From the NCBI RefSeq assembly GCF_036321535.1, contig NC_087436.1, positions 1,984,001 through 2,048,000 of the forward strand: 64,000 nt of DNA, read 5' to 3'. The translations under genes and the position numbers were made by a program. Source of the stretch: Camelus dromedarius. Its lineage: Eukaryota. Shown here piece by piece: positions 12,843-24,770 of this stretch; position 1 is the stretch's first letter, and each line of letters begins with the position of its first letter. Below the pieces are notes generated by a model. It did no database searches. It saw only the letters and a program-made list of their open reading frames with translations, and was not told where the DNA came from.

Positions 12843-15575
12843 CGTTCGTTCACCTACCAAAAATGGAACGAGTTGCAGTAGTAACTTTTACTCTGGTTTC
12901 TCATTCTTTTTCCTAGTTTCGGTTTGAAATTCTTGCAGTTTTCACTGTAATACCGAGTTGGAGCTAGAACCTCCCCATAAATATGAGTGGAGTGGATTTT
13001 GCAACTGAAAGATTCTTTGTGTTCCCAACAAGCTAGGTGAAGGACGGCTTTCACACACACTTATCTCTCAGAACTATGCATGTGGAGAGTCGTTCGTTCA
13101 TCTAGCACAAAGGTAACGGGTTTCAGGAGAAACATTTACTCTGGTTTCTCAGTCTGTTTCCTAGTGCCGGTTTGAAGTACCTGCAGTTTTCACTGTAAAA
13201 CCGAGTTGGAGCTAGTACCTCCCCATATATATGTATGGAGTGGAGTTTGCATCTGAAAAGAAATTTTGTGTTCCCCACAAGCTAGGTGAAGGACGGCTTT
13301 CACACACACTTATCTCTCAGAACTGAGCATGTGGAGAGACGTTCTTTCATCTAGCACAAAGGGAACGGGTTGCAGGAGAAACTTTTACTCTGGTTTCTCA
13401 GTCTGTTTCCTAGTGCCGGTTTGAAATTCCTGCAGTATTCTCTGTAAAACAGAGTTGGAGCTAGTACCTCCCCATATATATGTATGGAGTGGAATTTGCA
13501 ACTGAAAAGAAACTTTGTGTTCCCAACAAGCTAGTTGAAGTACGGCTTTCACACACACATATCTCTCAGAAATGAGCATGTGGAGAGACGTTCGTTCATC
13601 TAGCAAAAAGGGAACGGGTTGCAGGAGAAACTTTTACTCTGGTTTCTCAGTCTGTTTCCTAGTGCCGGTATGAAGTTCCTACAGTTTTCACTGTAAAACC
13701 GAGTTGGAGCTAGTACCTCCCCATATATATGTATGGAGTGGGCTTTGCAACTGAAAAGAAATTTTGTGTTCCCAAAAAGCTAGGTGAAGGACGGCTTTCA
13801 CACACAATTATCTCTCAGAACTGAGCATGTGGAGAGACGTTCGTTCACCTAGCAAAAATTGAACGAGTTGCAGTAGTAACTTTTACTCTGGCTTCTCAGT
13901 CTGTTTCCTAGTGCCATTTTGAAGATCTTGCAGTTTTCACTGTAATACCGAGTTGGAGCTAGTACCTCCCCATAAATATGTGTGGACTGGATTTTGCAAC
14001 TGAAAAGAAACTTTGTGTTCCCAACAAGCTAGTTGAAGTACGGCTTTCACACACATTTATCTCTCAGAACTGAGCATGTGGAGAGTCGTTCTTTCATCTA
14101 ACACAAAGGGAACGGGTTTCAGGAGAAACATTTACTCTGGTTTCTCAGTCTGTTTCCTAGTGCCGGTTTGAAGTTCCTGAAGTTTTCACTGTAAAACCGA
14201 GTTGGTGCTGGTACCTACCCATATATATGTATGGAATGGAGTTTGCAACTGAAAAGAAACTTTGTGTTCCCAACAAGCTAGGTGAAGGACGGCATTCACA
14301 CACACTTATCTCTCAGAACTGAGCATGTGGAGAGACGTTCGTTCATCAAGCACAAAGGGAACGGTTTGCAGGAGAAAATTTTACTCTGTTTCTCAGTCTG
14401 TTTCCTAGTACCGGTTTGACGTTCCTGCAGTTTTCATTGTAAAACCGAGCTGGAGCTAGTACCTCCCAATATATATGTATGGAGTGGAGTTTGCAACTGA
14501 AAATAAACATGTGTTCCCAACAAGCTAGTTGAAGGACTGCTTTCACACACACTTATTTCTCAGAAATGAGCATGTGGAGAGACGTTCGTTCATCAAGCAC
14601 AAAGGGAACGGGTTGCAGGAGAAACTTTTACTCTGTTTCTCAGTCTGTTTCCTAGTGCCGGTTTGAAGTTCCTGCAGTTTTCACTGTAAAACCGAGTTGG
14701 AGCTAGTACCTCCCCATATATAAGTATGGAGTGGAGTTTGCAACTGAAAAGAAACTTTGTGTTCCCAACAAGCTAGGTGAAGGACGGCTTTCACACACAC
14801 TTATCTCTCAGAAATGAGCATGTGGAGAGACGTTCGTTCATCTAGCACAAAGGGAACGGGTAGCAGGTTAAACTTTTACTCTGGTTTCTCAGTCTGTTTC
14901 CTAGTGCCGGTTTGAAGTTCCTGCAGTTTTCACTGTAAAACCGTGTTGGAGCTTGTACCTACCCATATATATTTATGGAGAGGAGTTTACAACTGAAAAG
15001 AAACTTTGTGTTCCCAACAAGCTAGGTGAAGTGCGGTTTCACACCCAATTATCTCTCAGAACTGTGCATGTGGAGAGTCATTCGTTCATCTAGCACAAAG
15101 TGAAAGGGTTGCAGGAGAAACTTTTACTATGGTTTCTCAGTCTGTTTCCTAGTGCCGGTTTGAAGTTCCTGCAGTTTTCAGTGTAAAACCGAGTTGGGGC
15201 TAGAACCTACCCTTATATATGTATGGAATGGAGTTTGCATCTGAAAAGAAACTTTGTGTTCCCAACAAGGTAGTTGAAGACGGCTTTCACACACACTTTT
15301 CTCTCAGAACTGAGCATGTGGAGAGAGGTTCGTTCATCTAGCACAAAGGGAACGGGTTGCAGGAGAAAGTTATTCTCTGGTTTCTCAGTCTGTTTCCTAG
15401 TGCCGGTTTGAATTTCCTGCAGTTTTCACTGTAAAACAGAGTTTGGGCTTGTACCTCCCCATATATATATATGGAGTGGAGTTTGCAACTGAAAAGAAAC
15501 TTTGTGTTCCCAACAAGCTATGTGAAGGACGGCTTTCACACACACTTATCTCTCAGAACTGAGCATGTGGAGAGA
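12843..15575. repeat. Complete 11-monomer HOR unit (2733 bp; monomers A-K)
   Basis: A-marker pseudo-ORFs at 12854 and 15587 are 2733 bp apart. Monomers E, F, I and J are all present intact between them. Confidence 0.85.
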
Positions 15576-18500
15576 CGTTCGTTCACCTACCAAAAATGGA
15601 ACGAGTTGCAGTAGTAACTTTTACTCTGGTTTCTCAGTCTTTTTCCTAGTTTCGGTTTGAAATTCTTGCAGTTTTCACTGTAATACCGAGTTGGAGCTAG
15701 AACCTCCCCATAAATATGAGTGGAGTGGATTTTGCAACTGAAAGAATGTTTGTGTTCCCAACAAGCTAGGTGAAGGACGGCTTTCACACACACTTATCTC
15801 TCAGAACTGAGCATGTGGAGAGTCGTTCGTTCATCTAGCACAAAGGTAACGGGTTTCAGGAGAAACATTTACTCTGGTTTCTCAGTCTGTTTCCTAGTGC
15901 CGGTTTGAAGTACCTGCAGTTTTCACTGTAAAACCGAGTTGGAGCTAGTACCTCCCCAAATATATGTATGGAGTGGAGTTTGCATCTGAAAAGAAATTTT
16001 GTGTTCCCCACAAGCTAGGTGAAGGACGGCTTTCACACACACTTATCTCTCAGAACTGAGCATGTGGAGAGACGTTCTTTCATCTAGCACAAAGGGAACG
16101 GGTTGCAGGGGAAACTTTTACTCTGGTTTCTCAGTCTGTTTCATAGTGCCGGTTTGAAATTCCTGCAGTATTCTCTGTAAAACAGAGTTGGAGCTAGTAC
16201 CTCCCCATATATATGTATGGAGTGCAATTTGCAACTGAAAAGAAACTCTGTGTTCCCAACAAGCTAGTTGAAGTACGGCTTTCACACACACTTATCTCTC
16301 AGAAATGAGCATGTGGAGAGACGTTCGTTCATCTAGCAAAAAGGGAACGGGTTGCAGGAGAAACTTTTACTCTGGTTTCTCAGTCTGTTTCCTAGTGCCG
16401 GTATGAAGTTCCTACAATTTTCACTGTAAAACCGAGTTGGAGCTAGTACCTCCCCATATATATGTATGGAGTGGGCTTTGCAACTGAAAAGAAATTTTGT
16501 GTTCCCAAAAAGCTAGGTGAAGGACGGCTTTCACACACAATTATCTCTCAGAACTGAGCATGTGGAGAGACGTTCGTTCACCTAGCAAAAATTGAACGAG
16601 TTGCAGTAGTAACATTTACTCTCGCTTCTCAGTCTGTTTACTAGTGCCATTTTGAAGATCTTGCAGTTTTCACTGTAATACCGAGTTGGAGCTAGTACCT
16701 CCCCATAAATATGTGTGGACTGGATTTTGCAACTGAAAAGAAACTTTGTGTTCCCAACAAGCTAGTTGAAGTACGGCTTTCACACACATTTATCTCTCAG
16801 AACTGAGCATGTGGAGAGACGTTCGTTCATCAAGCACAAAGGGAACGGGTTGCAGGAGAAACTTTTACTCTGGTTTCTCAGTCTGTTTCCTAGTGCCGGT
16901 TTGAAGTTCCTGCAGTTTTCACTGTAAAACCGAGTTGGAGCTAGTACCTCCCCATATATATGTATGGAGTGGAGTTTGCAACTGAAAAGTAAATTTGTGT
17001 TCCCAACAAGCTAGGTGAAGGACGGCTTTCACACACACTTATCTCTCAGAAATGAGCATGTGGAGAGACGTTTGTTCATCTAGCACAAATGGAACGGGTT
17101 GTAGGTTAAACTTTTACTCTGGTTTCTCAGTCTGTTTCCTAGTTCCGGTTTAAAGTTCCTGCAGTTTTCACTGTAAAACCGTGTTGGAGCTTGTACCTAC
17201 CCATATATATTTATGGAGAGGAGTTTACAACTGAAAAGAAACTTTGTGTTCCCAACAAGCTAGGTGAAGTGCGGTTTCACACCCAATTATCTCTCAGAAC
17301 TGAGCATGTGGAGAGTCATTCGTTCATCTAGCACAAAGTGAAAGGGTTGCAGGAGAAACTTTTACTATGGTTTCTCAGTCTGTTTCCTAGTGCCGGTTTG
17401 AAGTTCCTGCAGTTTTCATTGTAAAACCGAGTTGGGGCTAGTACCTACCCTTATATATGTATGGAATGGAGATTGCATCTGAAAAGAAACTTTGTGTTCC
17501 CAACAAGTTCTTTGAAGACGGCTTTCACACACACTTATCTCTCAGAACTGAGCATGTGGAGAGAGGTTCGTTCATCTAGCACAAAGGGAACGGGTTGCAG
17601 GAGAAAGTTATTCTCTGGTTTCTCAGTCTGTTTCCTAGTGCCGGTTTGAATTTCCTGCAGTTTTCACTGTAAAACAGAGTTTGGGCTTGTACCTCCCCAT
17701 ATATATATATGGAGTGGAGTTTGCAACTGAAAAGAAACTTTGTGTTCCCAACAAGCTATGTGAAGGACGGCTTTCACACACACTTATCTCTCAGAACTGA
17801 GCATGTGGAGAGACGTTCGTTCACCTAGCAAAAATGGAACGAGTTGCAGGAGTAACTATTACTCTGGTTTCTCAGTCTGTTTCCTAGTGCCATTTTGAAG
17901 TTCTTGCAGTTTTCACTGTAATACCGAGTTGGAGCTAGTACCTCCCCATAAATATGTGTGGAGTGGAATTTGCAACTGAAAAGAATCTTTGTGTTCCCAA
18001 CAAGCTAGGTGAAGGACGGCTTTCACACACAATTATCTCTCAGAACTGAGCATGTGGAGAGTCGTTCGTTCATCTAGCACAAAGGGAACGGGTTTCAGGA
18101 GAAACATTTACTCTGGTTTCTCAGTCTGTTTCCTATTGCCGGTTTGAAGTTAATGAAGGTTTCACTGTAAAACCGATTTGGAGCTAGTACCTCCCCATAT
18201 ATATGTATGGATTGGTGTTCGCAACTGAAAAGAAACATGTGTTCCCAACAAGCTAGTTGAAGGACGGCTTTCACACACACTTATCTCTCAGAAATGAGCA
18301 TGTGGAGAGACGTTCGTTCATCAAGCACAAAGGGAACGGGTTGCAAGAGAAACTTTTACTCTGTTTCTCAGTCTGTTTCCTAGTGCCGGTTTGATGTTCC
18401 TGCAGTTTTCACTGTAAAACCGATTTGGAGCTTGTACCTCCCCATATATATGTATGGAGTGGAGATGGCAACTGAAAAGAAACTTTGTGTTCCCAACAAG

Positions 18501-19150
18501 CTAGGTGAAGGACGGCTTTCAGACACAATTATCTCTCAGAATTGAGCATGTGGAGAGTCATTCGTTCATCTAGCACAAAAGGAACGGTTTGCAGGAGAAA
18601 CTTTTACTCTGGATTCTCAGTCTGTTTCCTAATGCCGGTTTGAAGTTCCTGCAGTTTTCACTGTAAAACCGAGTTGGAGCTAGTACCAACCCATATATAT
18701 GTATGGAGTGGAGTTTGCAACTGAAAAGAAACTTTGTGTTCCCAACAAGCTAGGTGAAGGACGGCTTTCACACACACTTATCTCTCAGAAATGAGCATGT
18801 GGAGACACGTTCGTTCATCTAGCAAAAAGGGAACAGGTTGCAGGAGAAACTCTTACTCTGGTTTCTCAGTCTTTTTCCTAGTGCCAGTTTGAAGTTCCTG
18901 AAGTTTTCACTGTAAAACCGATTTGGAGCTAGTACCTCCCCATATATATGTATGGAGTGGAGTTTGCAACTGAAAAGAAACTTTGTGTTACCAAGAAGCT
19001 AGGTGAAGGACGGCTTTCACACACAATTATCTCTCAGAACTGAGCATGTGGAGAGACGTTCGTTCAACAAGCACAAAAGAAACGGGCTGCAGGAGAACTT
19101 TTACTCTGTTTCTCAGTCTGTTTCCTAGTGCCGGTTTGAAGTTCCTGCAG
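13840..19150. repeat. ~5.3 kb block duplicated at ~24765-30075 (offset 10924-10925 bp, 44 monomers)
   Basis: Pseudo-ORF pairs 14346/25271, 15587/26512, 17461/28385 and 18095/29019. Shared rare variants: TTTGACGTT in G, TATAAGTATG in H, TTTTCAGTGT in J, CCCCAAATAT in B, CTCGCTTC in E. Confidence 0.85.
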
Positions 19151-22100
19151 TTTTCATTGTAAAACCGAGTTGGAGCTAGTACCTCCCCATATATATGTAT
19201 GGAGTGGAGTTTGCAACTGAAAAGAAACTTTGTGTTCCCAAAAAGCTAGGTGAAGGACGGCTTTCACACACAATTATCTCTCAGAACTGAGCATGTGGAG
19301 AGACGTTCGTTCATCTAGCACAAAGGGAACGGGTTACAGGAGAAACTTTTACTCTGGTTTCTCAGTCTGTTTCCTAGTGCCGGTTTGAAGTTCCTGCAGT
19401 TTTCACTGTAAAACCGAGTTGGGGCTAGTACCTCCCCATGTATATGTATGGAGTGGGCTTTGCAACTGAAAAGAAATTTTGTGTTCCCAAAAAGCTAGGT
19501 GAAGGACGGCTTTCACACACAATTATCTCTCAGAACTGAGCATGTGGAGAGACGTTCGTTCACCTAGCAAAAATTGAACGAGTTGCAGTAGTAACTTTTA
19601 CTCTGGCTTCTCAGTCTGTTTCCTAGTGCCATTTTGAAGATCTTGCAGTTTTCACTTTAATACCGAGTTGGAGCTAGTACCTCCCCATAAATATGTGTGG
19701 ACTGGATTTTGCAACTGAAAAGAAACTTTGTGTTCCCAACAAGCTAGTTGAAGTACGGCTTTCACACACATTTATCTCTCAGAACTGAGCATGTGGAGAG
19801 TCGTTCTTTCATCTAACACAAAGGGAACGGGTTCCAGGAGAAACATTTACTCTGGTTTCTCAGTCTGTTTCCTAGTGCCGGTTTGAAGTTCCTGAAGTTT
19901 TCACTGTAAAACCGAGTTGGTGCTGGTACCTACCCATATATATGTATGGAATGGAGTTTGCAACTGAAAAGAAAATTTGTGTTCCCAACAAGCTAGGTGA
20001 AGGACGGCATTCACACACACTTATCTCTCAGAACTGAGCATGTGGAGAGACGTTCGTTCATCAAGCACAAAGGGAACGGTTTGCAGGAGAATATTTTACT
20101 CTGTTTCTCAGTCTGTTTCCTAGTGCCGTTTTGAAGTTCCTGCAGTTTTCATTGTAAAACCGAGCTGGAGCTAGTACCTCCCAATATATATGTATGGAGT
20201 GGAGTTTGCAACTGAAAATAAACATGTGTTCCCAACAAGCTAGTTGAAGGACGGCTTTCACACACACTTATCTCTCAGAAATGAGCATGTGGAGAGACGT
20301 TCGTTCATCAAGCACAAAGGGAACGGGTTGCAGGAGAAACTTTTACTCTGTTTCTCAGTCTGTTTCCTAGTGCCGGTTTCAAGTTCCTGCAGTTTTCACT
20401 GTAAAACCGAGTTGGAGCTAGTACCTCCCCATATATATGTATGGAGTGGAGTTTGCAACTGAAAAGTAAATTTGTGTTCCCAACAAGCTAGGTGAAGAAC
20501 GGCTTTCACACACACTTATCTCTCAGAAATGAGCATGTGGAGAGACGTTCGTTCATCTAGCACTAAGGGAACGGGTTGTAGGTTAAACTTTTACTCTGGT
20601 TTCTCAGTCTGTTTCCTAGTTCCGGTTTGAAGTTCCTGCAGTTTTCACTGTAAAACCGTGTTGGAGCTTGTACCTACCCATATATATTTATGGAGAGGAG
20701 TTTACAACTGAAAAGAAACTTTGTGTTCCCAACAAGCTAGGTGAAGTGCGGTTTCACACCCAATTATCTCTCAGAACTGAGCATGTGGAGAGTCATTCGT
20801 TCATCTAGCACAAAGTGAAAGGGTTGCAGGAGAAACTTTTACTATGGTTTCTCAGTCTGTTTCCTAGTGCCGGTTTGAAGTTCCTGCAGTTTTCATTGTA
20901 AAACCGAGTTTTGGCTAGTACCTACCCTTATATATATATGGAATGGAGTTTGCATCTGAAAAGAAACTTTGTGTTCCCAACAAGGTCTTTGAAGACGGCT
21001 TTCACACACACTTATCTCTCAGAACTGAGCATGTGGAGAGAGGTTCGTTCATCTAGCACAAAGGGAACGGGTTGCAGGAGAAAGTTATTCTCTGGTTTCT
21101 CAGTCTGTTTCCTAGTGCCGGTTTGAATTTCCTGCAGTTTTAACTGTAAAACAGAGTTTGGGCTTGTACCTCCCCATATATATATATGGAGTGGAGTTTG
21201 CAACTGAAAGAAACTTTGTGTTCCCAACAAGCTATGTGAAGGACGGCTTTCACACACACTTATCTCTCAGAACTGAGCATGTGGAGAGACGTTCGTTCAC
21301 CTAGCAAAAATGGAACGAGTTCCAGGAGTAACTATTACTATGGTTTCTCAGTCTGTTTCCTAGTGCCGGTTTGAAGTTAATGAAGATTTCACTGTAAAAC
21401 CGATTTGGAGCTAGTACCTCCCCATATATATGTATGGATTGGTGTTCGCAACTGAAAAGAAACATGTGTTCCCAACAAGCTAGTTGAAGGACGGCTTTCA
21501 CACACACTTATCTCTCAGAAATGAGCATGTGGAGAGACGTTCGTTCATCAAGCACAAAGGGAACGGGTTGCAGGAGAAACTTTTACTCTGTTTCTCAGTC
21601 TGTTTCCTAGTGCCGGTTTGATGTTCCTGCAGTTTTCACTGTAAAACCGATTTGGAGCTAGTACCTCCCCATATATATGTATGGAGTGGAGATGGCAACT
21701 GAAAAGAAACTTTGTGTTCCCAACAAGCTAGGTGAAGGACGGCTTTCAGACACAATTATCTCTCAGAATTGAGCATGTGGAGAGTCATTCTTTCATCTAG
21801 CACAAAAGGAACGGTTTGCAGGAGAAACTTTTACTCTGGATTCTCAGTCTGTTTCCTAATGCCGGTTTGAAGTTCCTGCAGTTTTCACTGTAAAACCGAG
21901 TTGGAGCTAGTACCAACCCATATATATGTATGGAGTGGAGTTTGCAACTGAAAAGAAACTTTGTGTTCCCAACAAGCTAGGTGAAGGACGGCTTTCACAC
22001 ACACTTATCTCTCAGAAATGAGCATGTGGAGAGACGTTCGTTCATCTAGCAAAAAGGGAACAAGTTGCAGGAGAAACTCTTACTCTGGTTTCTCAGTCTG

Positions 22101-23029
22101 TTTCCTAGTGCCAGTTTGAAGTTCCTGCAGTTTTCACTGTAAAACCGATTTGGAGCTAGTACCTCCCCATATATATGTATGGAGTGGAGTTTGCAACTGA
22201 AAAGAAACTTTGTGTTACCAAGAAGCTAGGTGAAGGACGGCTTTCACACACAATTATCTCTCAGAACTGAGCATGTGGAGAGACGTTCGTTCATCAAGCA
22301 CAAAAGGAACGGGCTGCAGGAGAACTTTTACTCTGTTTCTCAGTCTGTTTCCTAGTGTCGGTTTGAAGTTCCTGCAGTTTTCATTGTAAAACTGAGTTTG
22401 AGCTAGTACCTCCCCATATATATGTATGGAGTGGAGTTTGCAACTGAAAAGAAACTTTGTGTTCCCAAAAAGCTAGGTGAAGGACGGCTTTCACACACAA
22501 TTATCTCTCAGAACTGAGCATGTGGAGAGACGTTCGTTCATCTAGCACAAAGGGAACGGGTTGCAGGGGAAACTTTTACTCTGGTTTCTCAGTCTGTTTC
22601 CTAGTGCCGGTTTGAAGTTCCTGCATTTATCTCTGTAAAACCGAGTTGGAACTTGTACCTCCCCATATATATGTATGGAGTGGCGTTTGCAACTGAAAAG
22701 AAACTTTGTGTTCCCAAAAAGCTAGGTGAAGGACTGCTTTCACACACACTTATCTCTCAGAACTGAGCATGTGGAGAGACGTTCGTTCACCTAGCAAAAA
22801 TGGAACGAGTTGCAGTAGTAACTTTTACTCTGGTTTCCCATTCTGTTTCCTAGTGCCATTTTGAAGTATTTGCTGTTTTCACTGTAATACCGAGTTGGAG
22901 CTAGTACTTCCCATAAATATGTGTGAAATGGATTTGCAACTGAAAAGAAACTTTGTGTTCCCAACAAGCTAGGTGAAGGACGGCTTTCACACACACTTAT
23001 CTCTCAGAACTGAGCATGTGGAGAGACGT

Positions 23030-24770
23030 TCGTTTATAAAGCACAAAGGGAACGGGTTGCAGGAGAAACTTTTACTCTGTTTCTCAGTCTGTTTCCTAGT
23101 GCTGGTTTGAAGTTCCTGCAGTTTTCACTGTAAAACCGAGTTGGAGCTAGTACCTCCCCATATATATGTATGGAGTGGAGTTTGCAACTGAAAAGAAACT
23201 TTGTGTTCCCAACAAGCTAGGTGAAGGACGGCTTTCACACACACTTATCTCTCAGAAATGAGCATGTGGAGAGTCGTTCGTTCATCTAGCTCAAAGGGAA
23301 CGGGTTGCAGGATAAACTTTTAATCTGGTTTCTCAGTCTGTTTCCTAGTGCCGGTTTGAAGTTCCTGCAGTTTTCACTGTAAAACCGTGTTGGAGCTAGT
23401 ACATCCCCATATATATTTATGGAGAGGAGTTTGCAACTGAAAAGAAACTTTGTGTTCCCAACAAGCTAGGTGAAGTGCGGCTTTCACACCCAAATATCTC
23501 TCAGATCTGAGCATGTGGAGAGTCATTCTTTCATCTAGCACAAATGGAAAGGTTTGCAGGAGAAACTTTTACTCTGGTTTCTCAGTCTGTTTCCTAGTGC
23601 CGGTTTGAAGTTCCTGCAGTTTTCACTGTAAAACCGAGTTGGAGCTAGTACCTCCCCATATATATGTATGGAGTGGAGTTTGCAACTGAAAAGAAACTTT
23701 GTGTTCCCAACAAGCTAGGTGAAGGACGGCTTTTACACACAATTACTCTCAGAACTGAGCATGTGGAGAGACGTTCGTTCATAAAGCACAAAGGGAACGG
23801 GATGCAGGAGAAACTTTTAGTCTGCTTCTCAGTCTGTTTCCTAGTGCCGTTTTGAAGTTCCTGCAGTTTTCATTGTAAAACCGAGTTGGAGCTAGTACCT
23901 CCCCATATATATGTATGGAATGGAGTTTGCAACTGAAAAGTAACATTGTGTTCCCAACAAGCTAGGTGAAGGACGGCTTTCACACACAATTATCTCTCAG
24001 ATCTGAGCATGTGGAGAGACGTTCGTTCATCTAGCACTAAGGGAACGGGTTGCAGTAGAAACTTTTACTATGTTTCTCAGTCTGTTTCCTAGTGCTGGTT
24101 TGAAGTTCCTGCAGTTTTCACTGTAAAACCGAGTTGGATCTTTTACCTCCCCATATATATGTATGGAGTGGATTTTGCAATTGAAAAGAAACTTTGTGTT
24201 CCCAACAAGCAAGGTGAAGGACGGCTTTCCCACACACTTATCTCTCAGTAATGAGCATGTGGAGAGACGTTCGTTTATAAAGCACAAAGGGAACGGGTTG
24301 CAGGAGAAAGTTTTACTCTGGTTTCTCAGTCTGTTTCCTAGTGCCGGTTCGAAGTTCCTGCAGTTTTCACTGTATAATCGTTGGAGCTAGTACCTCCCCA
24401 TATATACGTATGGAGTGGAGTTTGCATCTGAAAAGAAAATTTGTGTTCCCAAGGAGCTAGGTGAAGGACGGCTTTCACCCACATTTATCTCTCAGAATTG
24501 AGCATGTGGAGAGATGTTCGTTCACCTAGCAAAAAGGGAACGAGTTGCAGGAGTAACTTTTACTCTGGTTTCTCAGTCTGTTTCCTAATGCCGGTTTGAA
24601 GTTCCTGCAGTTTTCACTGTAAAACCGAGTTGGGGCTAGTACCTACCCATATATATATATGGAGTGGAGTTTGCATCTGAAAAAAACTTTGTGTTCCCAA
24701 CAAGCTAGGTGAAGATCGGCTTTCACACACATTTACCTCTCAGAACTGAGCATGTGGAGAGACGTTCGTT
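23030..24770. repeat. ~1.7 kb (7-monomer) block duplicated at ~30480-32220 (offset 7450 bp), and again at ~35440-37180
   Basis: Pseudo-ORF sets 23664/31114/36076, 24027/31477/36439 and 24163/31613/36575. Shared variants include TTTAATCTGG, GTATAATCGTTGG and CCAAGGAG. Confidence 0.85.
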
